Shown here: piece by piece, positions 1 through 11,172 of the stretch | How the letters are laid out: the number at the start of each line of letters is the position of its first letter | Position numbering within the stretch: the stretch's first letter is position 1 | Origin: Chloropicon primus | Taxonomy: Eukaryota | NCBI GenBank assembly: GCA_023205875.1 | Contig: CP060757.1 | Location: 806,001-870,000, forward strand | Direction of reading: 5' to 3' | Length of the DNA stretch: 64,000 bases | Program-made: the position numbers and the translations under genes | The notes under the pieces: model-generated | What the model was told of the DNA's origin: nothing | What the model saw: only the letters and a program-made list of their open reading frames with translations | Databases searched by the model: none

Positions 1-1
1 C

Positions 2-64
2 GGAAGGAAGAGGAAGGCCGATGCAGAGGCGTTGGGGATGAAGGCCAAGGAGGCGGGGGTCTGA
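2..64 (+). CDS. 3' end of a gene starting before the window (GRKRKADAEALGMKAKEAGV*)
   Basis: Open frame with GC3-rich codons ending in TGA at 62-64; too short to identify. Confidence 0.4.
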   Translation, partial: GRKRKADAEALGMKAKEAGV

Positions 65-395
65 AATGGGCCGGCCAAGGAGGCGAAGATCTCTTTAACA
101 CGACGTTAGTCCAATGATTGGACTCCAATCCGATCCAATCCAACCCTGACTCTTGGGACCAGACTCTGGTGAGCACTTTTTGTGCTTCGGTGGCCACCTT
201 GATGTTCTGCAGTGGGATCCAAGTCAGGATCGGCCTTGTCCCTTGTCCCAGGACACTCAAACGATTGCCCTGTGCTTGGTCCCCCTCGATCTTGGTATCT
301 TGGTGTCTTGGGAAGATTCTTGCTTGTAATTCGTATTGTTTTCTTGGGTCCCGGGTGGTTTGGTATTCGTTGAATTCGTGTATTTCGTGTATGTC

Positions 396-590
396 ATTAC
401 TTTTCTCGGCCTTTTGGCTAAGATCAAGTGTAGTATCTGTTCTTATCAGTTTAATATCTGATACGACCTCGATATGAGGTCTTGATATTAATCTAATTTT
501 TTCGGGCGGCGGATGCGACATGTGTTTTACACAGGCTTTCGCCAGGCTTGACCCTTGCCTTGCACATTCTGCGGGGGTCGAGCAGCCCTC
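396..590 (+). ncRNA. U2: U2 spliceosomal snRNA
   Basis: Contains the invariant U2 5' region CTCGGCCTTTTGGCTAAGATCAAGTGTAGTATCTGTTCTTATCAGTTTAATATCTGATA (branch-site recognition GTAGTA), an Sm-site-like AATTTTTTC at ~496-503 and a stem-loop IV-like TTGCAC loop. Ends approximate. Confidence 0.97.
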
Positions 591-864
591 TTCTTCGCAC
601 GTCTCACTTCAAATATTCTGCACGAGAAGATAATTATTCATGAATCCACTCCCCGACCTCCTCCAAGTCCAGGAGATCACGAAAGGACGACAGGTCGGAC
701 CACCAGCACCACCGAGACCAGGTCAGAGACTCTAGCACGAGTCAACAGGAACGCGAGGGGACGATTCACAAGCCATGGGGTGGGGCCAAACCAAGAACCT
801 CACGCCGGCCTCGGAATCGTATCCTCAAAAGGAGCCGGGCGCCTGGCGGTCCAACCACCCACCC

Positions 865-943
865 GATTGATTCATGGATTCATTCATTCATTGATTCATT
901 CATTCATTCATTCATTCATTCATTGATTTATTGATTGATTCAT
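865..943. repeat. (TTCA)n/(ATTG) tetranucleotide microsatellite
   Basis: Visible directly: ttcattcattca... with ttga variants. Confidence 0.9.
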
Positions 944-1651
944 CTGTTGATCCACATGGACTCCTGCTGCGAATCACTCCTTCCTTCAGTCATCGTGAGC
1001 CTTTCCCCATCAACTGGTACTGGTGTGACAGGAGGAAAGACAATTCGTTTGGGCGGAGGGGAGGGATCACACAACAAGTTAGGCGTCAATTTGCTGGGAT
1101 GAATGCAAAAGACTCGGGGGGGGGGGGAGGATGGATATCACCAGGGCACCGCTGAGTGGATCGAGGAGCACCCTGGATCGGATGTGGATTGGGTCTCGTC
1201 TCCATTCACAAGTGATCTCAATGCGATAAATAATCGCATCACATCCGCTGGCTTCGAGGTCAGCGTCCACCATGCCTTTTGGTTTAATGAAGTGTTTCAG
1301 GCAATCAAACAAGTTTAAGCTGATGCTCACCGCTTTGGGGCACCTAGATCCCTCTCCCGTGACTCCTTTCCATGAAGAGCGTCGTCTCGGCAAAGATCAC
1401 CGGCCCACGGGCTCGCGACCTCCCACTGGACTCGCCCCCCCTTGTAGATCATGGTCAGCGCTTGCCAGGGCCTCGACATGCTCCACAAGCCTCCCTGGCA
1501 CCACCCTGGTCGACCACGTTGTCACAGATCCGTGAGGGCACCCCATCAGGGCAAGACCGACGCCCAAAGACTCCACACTTAAACGCTTCTGGCTCGGAAG
1601 CTTTTTTCAAATTGATCAAAACAGAGAGCAACTGCAGAGTCGGTCGGTGCG

Positions 1652-2465
1652 ATGGCGATGGAGGAGGACAACGAGAAGAAGGGAGAAGACAACAACCACG
1701 AGGGGGTGGGAGGGAACGACAACAAGGGGGAGGCCGAAGCGAAGGCCGAGCCGAGCGGTCCGCCTCCGAAGGACGATGGCGAGTCGGAGAAGAAGAAGAC
1801 GAGCGTGATCTTCGCAGACAGGAAGGTGCGACGACGACGACGGACTTGGCTCTAGTCCCCCTCCCTCCGTGTCCGTGTCTCTCCGACGAGTGTTTCGTTG
1901 AAGGCTTGGATGGCCGTGCTGACCACTTTTCTTTGCTGTACCCCGCGACAAAAACAAAACTCTTCCTCTCAGATCACGACGAGCGAGAACGTGGACGAGG
2001 TTGGACTGTACGCGATGTGCCGGAGCTGGTTCAAGAACGAGACGGAAGTCCCTGGCTCCGGCGACAAGGAGGGCCTAAAGGTGGGTCTCCGTTGTTTTGT
2101 TTGGAACCCTCCCTTCGTCTCTTCCTGCGCCTGCTGACACGCTCTCTGCATTTGTTTCCAAACGTTTTGCGGTGCAACAGGGAGAGCTGATGAAGCTGCC
2201 CCCGCCCCTGCCCAGGAGCGCCGTTGCTGGGGAACCTGCCGCCTCGAGCCCAGCGGAGGACGTTAAGGAGGAGGGAGACGAGCTGGTCGCCAGGGTCTCA
2301 AGCTCGGCGAAGAAGGGAGGAGAGGACGCCACGCACGCGAAGGATGTCCTCTTCAAGGCGCACATGAAGCGGTGGAAGGCCATCAAGAAGGAGAAGTCAA
2401 GGCAACACCGGGTGAACAGTGAGAGGTTCGAGGAGCGACTGAAGATTCTCCTGGACAACAAGTGA
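1652..2465 (+). CDS. LIN37: LIN37-like subunit of the DREAM/MuvB complex; exons 1652-1825, 1973-2080, 2181-2465
   Basis: In-phase GT-AG introns; motifs LYAMCRSWFKN, MKLPPP and C-terminal HMKRWKAIKKEKSRQHRVNSERFEERLKILL resemble the two conserved LIN37 blocks. Confidence 0.75.
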
Positions 2466-2759
2466 AGCGGTTGTTGTTGTCGTTGTTGGTGTTGCGCTTG
2501 AAAGTAATACGTTGTTGTTATTTGCGCCTTGGACCCGCATATATATATCCCCGCGGGCAGTGCTCCAAACTTTGTGTATTGTATAAAGATGATAGGATTA
2601 AAACTGTTTTGGGCGACGACGCCGGTGCTGCACATTCGACAGACGCGCAAAACACCACAATCGAGCCGCCACGAACGATTCCCACTGCTTACCTCCATGC
2701 CGGCCTGGGCCTCCTGAGCCTGGTGAGATCCGTCATTCGCGCGGGCGCTGGAGGAGACG

Positions 2760-3919
2760 ATGCCGGTGGACAGAATAGCAAAGAAGCTCCAGGACTGCGT
2801 CGAGAGGTGAGGGGAGGATCAGGAGAGTCGTTTCCGATCGCGCCGTCCATTGCTTTGAGCACCCCTCCGCCCCTTCTTTGCCCTCGAGAGAAAAGAAATC
2901 GAGAGAAGAGTGAAAACGAAAAGTTGTGAGAGTGGATCTGACCCATGCCCTGTGGTTTTGCTCGCGCGACGATAGGGAGGACTACTACCAGGCGCAGCAG
3001 CTTTGCCTGTCTCTCTACAGCAGGCACAAGAGAAAGGACGCGGCGAGGGCTTTCGATGTCCTGGTGGTGAGTTTGCTTTTGCTTGTGTCGCCAGTCACAT
3101 TTTGGATCGAACACCTTTGTACTGAAACACTCGTCTGCCTTCCTTTTTCTCTCTCTCTCCCTCTCACTGCTTCAGTCGGGAGTGAAGCTTCTGTTCCCTC
3201 GAGGGGACGTGACAGCAGCGAGCGAGCTGGCCCTTACGCTCTCAAGGGGGTACCTCGAGGCCAAGGTGGAGTTCTCACCGGGGAATCTGAGCCGGATCCA
3301 CGACATCCTCGACGCGTACCCTGAGGACGGGGGCAAGGCGGGCGCGCAGAGCTTCGAGAAGTTCGTGGAGCAGGCGGCCAAGTGGTGCTACGGGCACGAC
3401 AGGGGAACGGAAGCCAAAGTCTTCTTCGAGAAACTGGGGAGGTACACCTTGAGGTGCATCGGGGACGAATATGCGGGAAAGGCTCTGTTGCACTCCATGA
3501 GGGGAAACAACTTGAGTGATATAGTGACGGTTATGACCACAACGGCGAGCCGGGCGAGGCCTGATGAGGAGGATTACATCATCGCGAGAGTCGTGCTGCG
3601 GTTCTTGAACTTCAGGAGCAGGTCGCTGGCGGACTTGCAAGCGTACGCGAGGGTGGGGACCGCCTTGATCGATATGTATGAGAAGCAGACCGGCAGGGCG
3701 GTGCCGGAAACGCCTGTCACCCATTTCCTTCGCCTCACCCTGGAGGCTCTGACCATCTCGAGCGCGGGGCTCGTGGCAGGGCTCAGGGAGAAGTACAGCC
3801 TGGCGCTTGGCCAGGACCCAGCTTTGGTGCGGGAGGCGGATCAGGTTCTGGCAACGCTCAAGCCAAGGAAGGCGAAGATGCCCGACCTCTCCCAAATGTT
3901 CAAGACTCTGTTAGGTTGA
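2760..3919 (+). CDS. GET4: Golgi-to-ER traffic protein 4 (GET4/TRC35); exons 2760-2806, 2976-3066, 3176-3919
   Basis: Spliced N-terminus MPVDRIAKKLQDCVEREDYYQAQQLCLSLYSR..DVLVSGVKLL..AASELAL; internal EEDYIIARVVLRFL and TPVTHFLRL; C-terminal LSQMFKTLLG. Confidence 0.85.
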
Positions 3920-4020
3920 CGGGAAAGACGGGAGAACCGCGCGGGTGTGCCCTCGACTAGGTGCTAGGTGTAGAATACAATTGAAATTACGTTTGTGCTG
4001 GGAATGAACGAGGGAACTCC

Positions 4021-5085
4021 TTACTTCCCTTTCCCCTTCCCTTTCCCCTTTCCCTTTCCTTCAGCCTCCTTCTGCTGTTGGAACATCTTCCACGTGGCTT
4101 GGATGGTGGCCGCGGCCTTTTCTTCCCTCTTCTTCTGCTCCTCGGCCTCTTCCTTGGCCTTCTTCTGCTCCTTCTCCCTCGCGTTCGCGTCCTCAATCTC
4201 TTTCCTCAGTTGGTTGTAATGGCTCTCGTATACCCGGAGCTGCTCCACAACTTCGTTGTACACCTCATACTCGTCCTGATAGATCTTCTCGAGCTTGTTC
4301 ATATCGATATCGTACTCCTTGATCCATGTCTCCACCTCCTGCTCGCTCTTATTCTTCTTCTTGATCAGCTTGGCCTCCCCCTCCCGGTGAATCACCTCCA
4401 GCTTCTTGAGCTCCTTTTCCAACTTGGTGATCTCCTCCAGAAGGATGTCAAAGTCAAAGTCGTACTGCTTGGCGTTCCTATTCTTCGTGTCCTCAGTCCT
4501 GACCACCAAGTCTTTCATGAACTTCTCCGTTCCGGCTCTGACCACCCCGAGCTCGTTCTTGGTTCTCACCTCCGTCTCGCTGAGCTGAGCCAGAGCCTTT
4601 TGCCTCTCCCTCCTCTCGATGCGCAGCTGCTGCTCCAGCGAGAGCTTCTCCTTGCTAGCCTTCTCCTCGCGCTTGCAAACCTCCTCGAAGTGGGACCTCC
4701 GGGAGTTCTCCTCCTCTACCGTCACCGAAAGCCTCCTGTGCGTCCCTTGCCTCAGGCGTTTCAGGGCATCGACCAGGCTAAGAATGTTGCTGGAGCGCTC
4801 GAAACCGAAGGATTGCACGTTGTGCAGCACCGACGGGTCCTTGGACAGGTGCCTGTAGATGTTGCTCGTCGGGACCTGGTCCGTCTTGTCCTTGTCAAAG
4901 TCCCTCTCGTTGTCCAGCACCTTGCAGCTCTCCAAAAAGCCCACGAACTTGGGCCCCAAGATATCCCCAAGGTCTTCCGTGTGCTCCACCAAGTTCGTGT
5001 TAATGTAAGACAAGGCACTGAGTTCCTCCACCGTCTCGTCCAGCACAGCGAGAATCCTCTCCGCCTCCGCGTTCTTTATCGTCAT
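4021..5085 (-). CDS. DRC10: Dynein regulatory complex subunit 10 (IQCD/DRC10)
   Basis: N-terminal EAERILAVLDETVEEL, RRLSVTVEEE, long coiled coil, EVETWIKEYDIDM, IQ motif AAATIQATWK and a GK-repeat tail. Confidence 0.85.
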   Translation of the reverse strand: MTIKNAEAERILAVLDETVEELSALSYINTNLVEHTEDLGDILGPKFVGFLESCKVLDNERDFDKDKTDQVPTSNIYRHLSKDPSVLHNVQSFGFERSSNILSLVDALKRLRQGTHRRLSVTVEEENSRRSHFEEVCKREEKASKEKLSLEQQLRIERRERQKALAQLSETEVRTKNELGVVRAGTEKFMKDLVVRTEDTKNRNAKQYDFDFDILLEEITKLEKELKKLEVIHREGEAKLIKKKNKSEQEVETWIKEYDIDMNKLEKIYQDEYEVYNEVVEQLRVYESHYNQLRKEIEDANAREKEQKKAKEEAEEQKKREEKAAATIQATWKMFQQQKEAEGKGKGKGKGKGK

Positions 5086-5398
5086 CTTGTGTCCCCTCTC
5101 CCCTCTCCAACCCTCTCCCCCTCTCTCTCTCTCTCTTCCCAAGAGGCCCAAGCCTTTGCCCTCCGCTGGTCAAACGGTCCATGTCCATGGGATCCACACC
5201 CCTCCGCGATATTCCCATACGGAAATGTCTCCAGTCTCAGCAGAGCAGGCCCAGGAGAGAGAAGAGAGGAGGCCATAACTTATCCTGGTGGAGACGAGGG
5301 CGACTTGATCGAGGTGGACAGGAGGTTTGTGGGACGACGGTGTTGCCCTTGGACGAAGGTGGAGGGGACATTGCTGCTGAGGGGAAGCACGTCGCGAG

Positions 5399-7146
5399 AT
5401 GTCGGTCCTGAAGTCGTACTTGAACCTCGTGGGGAAGAGCTTCAGGCAGGGGGGGCTGAGAAGGGACGTGGCTCAGATTGCGGTGGCGGAAAGGCTCGAT
5501 GAGCTCTTGGGGACCTCTCGGTGCACAAGGTGGCCCTCGCGGAGTACGAGACCGCGCGCGTGGAGTACCTGCAGGAGCTGGAGAGGCAGGCGGAGCGGAT
5601 CGCGGAAATGAAGTTGGAGCAGAGAAGGAAGGAGAGCTCGGCGTTTCCTGGCTTCCACAGCGTCCCCCCTTCCGACTCGAGCGACGAGCGGTCCCTGAGA
5701 AAGATGAGGAAGGAGGCCAGGGAAGAAGCCGAGAACCTCGTGGGTTCGCCTCCAGAGAAACCCCGGGCACCGCAAAGTGTTTACATCCACGGGCACGTTG
5801 GAACTGGGAAGACTTTCCTGATGGATCTGTTTTACCAGAGCGCTCAGCAAGTCTTGCGTCAGGGCGAGAAGGGCAGCGTCGGCACGAGCAGGTTGCACTT
5901 CAACTCCGCCATGCTGTCTCTCCACGCGCACATGCACGGGATAGAAAAAGGCTATTTCCAGAGGGATAAGTTCAAGCAAAAGGATCCGGGGAAGCTCGCC
6001 GTCATCGCAGCCAGGAGGAGGAATTTGGCCCTGAGGGGTGGGCACAAGTTCGGCGCATGCGCGTCAGCCCCGTTCACGATCTCCACCACTCTGGAGTTGG
6101 CATCCAGGGAGATCTTCAAGTTGAACTCGGACAGAGACGGGCACCTGGGTCTGGTTTGTTTCGACGAGCTGCAGGTTCCGGATGGCTTCACCGCCATAGC
6201 TATCATGAGCATTTTTCGTTTGCTGTTTGAAGAAGAATCTGTGGTGGTGACGACGACAAACTGCGCACCGCACGAGCTGAACGACAATGCTTGGTTCAAT
6301 GACCACTGGAATACCAACTTTACTCAAATGCTTTTTGAGAGATGCGCGGTTTTAGAGCTCAACAATGGAATCGACTACAGGACGATAGCCTTGGGTGACC
6401 GCCTCAAGTCGGACAACGCGCGGTTCAACCGGTACTTTTATCCTCAGAACAAGTGGAGCGACTCCCTCTTGACCGAGTACATTGAGAAGAACAAGTCTTT
6501 GTACGGCAGGGAAGACGTGCTGGATGGGATGAACAGCACCAAGGTCGATGTGATGTTCGGGCGGACGCTGTCAATCCCAACAGTGAATTCCAACATCGCG
6601 AAAATAGACTTTCTTGACTTCTTCTCCAGTCCGGTGGGCCCGAGCGACTGCCTTGCCATCGCAAGGAACTTCAAAATGGTGTGCATCGAGAACATTCCGG
6701 TGCTTAGCAGACAGAAGAGAGACCAAGCAAGGCGATTCATCACGATGATCGATGAGCTCTACAACGAAGGGTGTTTGCTGGTCTGCACCGCTGAGGCCTC
6801 CCCAGATAAACTGTTCAAGAGTGAAGAGCTTGGGGAGAGTCTTCTGGACTTGGAGGCGATGCAATTCGAAGCCGAAGCCCTGGCACCGCACACAGCGAGG
6901 TCAAGAGTCGACTCCAGCGAAGTTGGCGGCGTTGCTCCTGAAGCAATGAGTCAAAAGATCGGCTCGGGTGGAGACACGGCAAAGTTCTACGCGGGCAAAA
7001 TGACTGGGGAGGAGGAGCAGTTCGCGTTCAAGCGTGCCGTCTCGAGGATCCTCGAGATGCAAGGCGAGGTGTACATGCGAAGGCACAGGAAGATGCATGT
7101 ACATCCTCACGACCAGATGGAAGAAGAGACCAATTTTGCTTATTGA
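5399..7146 (+). CDS. AFG1: AFG1/LACE1 (ZapE-family) ATPase, with an apparent 1-nt frameshift at 5509-5512
   Basis: Walker A YIHGHVGTGKTFLMDLF, Walker B LVCFDELQVPD, DYR, ARRFITMIDELY, EEQFAFKRAVSRILEMQ. The N-terminal block YLNLV..GGLRRDVAQIAVAERLDELL is in a different frame (5399-5512). Confidence 0.88.
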
Positions 7147-7224
7147 GAACATTTTTGAAAAATCAAAACAGATTTAATATATATATTGCGTGTACCGGTT
7201 TTTGTTTGCAAGGCCGAGCCTCAC

Positions 7225-8093
7225 TCACATGACGGCGCACGCTTTCTTCAGCTTCTTTTTGATCTTTTTTTCCGATTTAGTCTTGCCAGCGTACAAAGAT
7301 CCCTGGTCTTCGTCATCGCCCAACACCTGGTCATCCTTGATCTCTTCCAAGTCAGCAAGCAACGATTGGAGCGAGTCCAAAGAGGACACGGAGTGCATGC
7401 TGTCCTGGGACAGCCTGGCCGGCCTCCCAGTGCTCCCGCTGATTTTGTGCTGCCTTGTTTCCTCCCTGAGGTCTTCGTTCATCTCGGCATCCAAGGACGT
7501 CAGACGACCTTCGTCCATGTTCTTCCGCTCCTCCACCGGCGTGTCTTTATTCTTGCCCTCCGCATCAGGCCTCGTTTCTTCGGCTGTTCCGAACCTCCGA
7601 CAAAGCTCCTTCTTGAACTTCTCGTGCTTGATTCCGGGATCCCTTGACTCCTTGAACTTCTTCATCGCCTCCTCGATGCTGAGCTTCCTTTTCAGGATCA
7701 GGTAGCAGCAGATCATGAACCCGGTTCTGTTGAAGCCGTAGGAGCAGTGCACCGCGACGAACTGATCGGGGTGCTGGTCGTGAAAGTTTCCAACGACCTC
7801 GACAAACTGCTGTATGAATTCGTCTCCGGGCACCTCCTTAGCGATGCACCAGATATGCTGGTACCTGACGCCATCAGGAATGTCTTCGCGGTAAAGGCAG
7901 TCGTGGTTGCAGAGGTCGACGATCAAGCCGACTTGCCTTCCCTCCTCTCGCTGGGCTTCGATGAAGCTGTCCACCGTGTGCACGTGCCTCGGTGGCTCCT
8001 CGAGCGTGTGGCTCCAGTCCCTGGGGAAAGAAAAACACGGAGGGGGAAGTTTTGTCAGCCTTGAAGAGACGACGCGGGCAGGCGGGCGGGCAG

Positions 8094-8135
<42 letters not shown>

Positions 8136-8356
8136 CAGCCACCTCTCGCTTTTGCTGTCCTTTGCCTAAGCCCGCACACTTACTTCAGGATCTGCTCTGT
8201 GAGCGGTGTCTTCATGGGCAGAATCCTTTCGGCGACCATGGGCACGCCGAAGGATCCGTAGTCCCCCCACTTCTTCAGCTTGTTGAGCACGGTCGGAGTC
8301 CCGGCCGGGGTTCCTCCCGTGGCTTTGTCCTTATCCTTATCCGCGTCGTTTGCCAT
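7225..8356 (-). CDS. Stand-alone cysteine-phosphatase-type RNA 5'-triphosphatase (DUSP11/capping-enzyme TPase-like); exons 8356-8184, 8020-7225
   Basis: Active-site loop VHCSYGFNRTG; W.DY...G...ILPMKTPL, GLIVDLCN and RDPGI motifs; in-phase intron 8183-8021. Confidence 0.85.
8103..8133. repeat. (CA)n microsatellite inside an intron
   Basis: Visible directly. Confidence 0.9.
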
Positions 8357-8815
8357 ATCTTTCCTGTCTTGTTTGGCCTTTCCCTCGATTGGACCGCAAA
8401 GTCGGGACACAAAGCAGGCCTCACAAGGACATCATCAGGGCGCCTCCGTCCCCCAAACACACCACCCGAGAGTGCGTGCGTCGCCACTCTGCTGGCTGAT
8501 GCCCCAGCAGACGCCAAGGTCCAGTCTTGGCCCTTGAGCTTTACGATTCTTTGCGAGATTCGGCATCTGACAAGGCCTCGCTCCTCTTCGACGACCAATG
8601 TCACAAAGTTCGTAACTTTGTTAGCTATTGAATAAGTCAGCAACGTCGTTGACGATGCAAGCGGCTGGATGAAAGCTATGTGTTCGTTCTTGTTACAAGT
8701 CTCTCTGACTTCTGTCGAGAGCTGTCTCTTATTATTCTGTCGCGGAGGAGGAGAGGAGGGGAAGGGACTCTGCGGTTTCTTCCGTTGTCGGTTCGTGTAT
8801 TATATTATAGTATAT

Positions 8816-9847
8816 TCAGATGTCGTACAGTTGGTTCATGTCTTGGACCGGGGCGGTGGTGTCGCTCCCGACGAGGGGGATGTTCCTCGCGGGGACGCCG
8901 ACCGCCACGTGCCTCGGCGGCACGTCTGCGAGCACGACGGACCCCGCGCCTATCTTGCTGCAGTTCCCGACCTTGACGTTCCCCAGGACGACGGCTCCCG
9001 CTCCGATGAGGACCCCCGACCCGATCTTGGGGTGCCTGTCCCCCGTGGACTTGCCCGACCCCCCCAGGGTGACGTGGTGGAGCAGACTGACGTTGTCCCC
9101 GACCACCGTGGACTCGCCCATGACCACTCCTGTGGCGTGGTCCAGCATGACGCCCTTCCCCACCGTCGCGTTCGGGTGGATGTCCACGTGGAAGGTCTCG
9201 CTCGCCCTGGACTGCAGGAGGATGGCGAGGGAGGCCCTCCCCCTCCGGTACAGGTAGTGCGCGACCCGGTGAGTCTGCACGGCGTGGAAGCCCTTGTAGT
9301 ACAGCAGGCAGGAGCTGTACTGCTTGCAGGCGGGGTCCCTGTCGTAGGTCGCCAGGAGGTCCGCGAGGAAGTCCGACCTTATCTCGTCCGACTTGAAGGC
9401 CTCGAGGAAGAGCTGCATGAGCTGGGTCGCGGGGAGGACCGGGCTGTCGAGCTTGTTCGCCAGGATGAAGGCCAGGCTCTCCTCGATGGTGTTGTGCGCG
9501 AGCACGGTGGAGAACAGGAAGCTCGAGCAGATGGGCTCGGCCTTCGAGTCCCTCGCGATCTCCTCCCTGATCGTGGCCCACAGGTTGTCCTTCTCCAGGT
9601 GGTGGTCGTCCCAGGCCCACGAGCAGTCCCCCTCCTTCTTCAGCTGCCCGTTCGGCGGGGCCTTCACCGACGTCGTCGACGTCGTGTTGTTGGTCCGAGC
9701 CTTGTCGCTCGAGGTCGCCCAGCGACGTTCGAGGCGTTGGCGGGGTGTGCGGCGGAGAGGGGGAAGGTCCGCCTTCCTGCCGCCGCCGCCGCTGCTGCTG
9801 CAGCTCGGAGACGCCAGCAGTGGCGTCATCCTCATCCTCGTCCTCAT
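8816..9847 (-). CDS. SAT: Serine O-acetyltransferase, organelle-targeted
   Basis: DRDPAC, YKGFHAVQTHRVAH, VDIHPNA..GVMLDHATG, VTLGGSGK..DRHPKIG hexapeptide repeats; ends in Ile (LYDI); Arg/Ser/Thr-rich N-terminus. Start codon uncertain. Confidence 0.95.
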   Translation of the reverse strand: MRTRMRMTPLLASPSCSSSGGGGRKADLPPLRRTPRQRLERRWATSSDKARTNNTTSTTSVKAPPNGQLKKEGDCSWAWDDHHLEKDNLWATIREEIARDSKAEPICSSFLFSTVLAHNTIEESLAFILANKLDSPVLPATQLMQLFLEAFKSDEIRSDFLADLLATYDRDPACKQYSSCLLYYKGFHAVQTHRVAHYLYRRGRASLAILLQSRASETFHVDIHPNATVGKGVMLDHATGVVMGESTVVGDNVSLLHHVTLGGSGKSTGDRHPKIGSGVLIGAGAVVLGNVKVGNCSKIGAGSVVLADVPPRHVAVGVPARNIPLVGSDTTAPVQDMNQLYDI

Positions 9848-11172
9848 CGTCCCACGACGAACGGTGTCTGTTGTTGCTCGACGAGTTTGGTGCGCGCTCG
9901 TCACGACGGCAGACGAAGAGGAGAAGCCAGTGTGGGCGCGTGGGCGTGGGCGTCACCCCTCCCCACGCACGCACGCCGCGTCGTCGTAGCCTCTCTCCCG
10001 AGCTCTCTCTGCCACGTCGCAAGCCACGGCGACGAGAGAGAGGTACACCGAAAAAAAAACAGGGGGGAGACAGGAGACAGGAGACCCAGACAGACCCCCT
10101 GCGAGAGGAGCCTCTCTGTGCAGAAAAGTGCGAAGACACTGGCGCACCGCCCTCGCTTTTTGTTATCCAACTCCGTGGACGACGTCAGACAAGGCCAAGG
10201 AAGCTCGTCCTTCGTCCTATGGGAGATCCGGGCTCCGCCGAGAGGGGGCCTCAAAATTTTTGCGAGAGACGTATTCTTGGACAAAAAATATCTCCGCCAG
10301 TGGAGAGTAGGTTTGGCCGTGTTGGACCCCGGCCCTCCCACGGCTCTCACCCCACCCCCCGTTCCATGTACAAATTGCCTTCTTCTTCGCCAAAAATGTC
10401 AGAGCTCCTCGAGACGAGCGTTTTTGGTTTTTTTTCATCGTTTTGAACGCGATCGTGTAGAAACCCATTAGTTAACCCCCCGAATTCGCCTCGCTCGCCT
10501 CCCCCCCCGAAAAGAAGCGCTATTCTGGAGAGCTCCCTGTTCACTGAATCCGCAGCCAAGGACGATCCCTCGAGCCGCAGAGAGGGCGCGCGCCGATCCC
10601 TCGAGTTACTCGTGCTTTGGTGGTTTTCGTGGTCTGTCCTTATCCGGTCGGAGCCTTGAACGGAGCCTGGGGCCTCGCTGGGGCGGGAGTCTGCGATCGG
10701 TCGGCTCGCTCGGAGGCGGGTTGTTCGTTTCGGCGTCGTCGTCTTTTTTTTTTGGGTTGCCCGAGTTGGGTTCGCCCCGAGGGGAAAACGCAACCCCCGA
10801 AAAACTTTTTGTGAAAGGCCCTCCGGATCCGGAGGCCGTTGTGGTGCGCGTTGAGAGAGGGGAGATGTCCGCCTGATCCGTTGAGAACAAGGTTGGCCCC
10901 CGACCGGTACCGCTGCCGTTGCAACCGCACTCGGGACCTCTTGCCTTGCGCCTGAGTCCCATCAACCACCGACCAAGAGAGAGCGGGAGGTGGTTTTGGG
11001 GTTGCGAGGGTTTCGTTGGCGCTTACGTTCTGGCCGAGGACCTCGACCGGCGCCTATCTATACCGTTGAACCCGCTCGCGGACTCGTGCTCGCGAGGTCG
11101 CCGGTGACGTTGAGAATCCGTGCGTGGGGTTTTTCCTGAACTTTGCAACCCGCACACGACACGTAGCACGAT

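Noticed and set aside
8669..10471. 600-aa + strand ORF
   Set aside because: Antisense shadow of GC3-rich SAT running into intergenic DNA; no family motifs.
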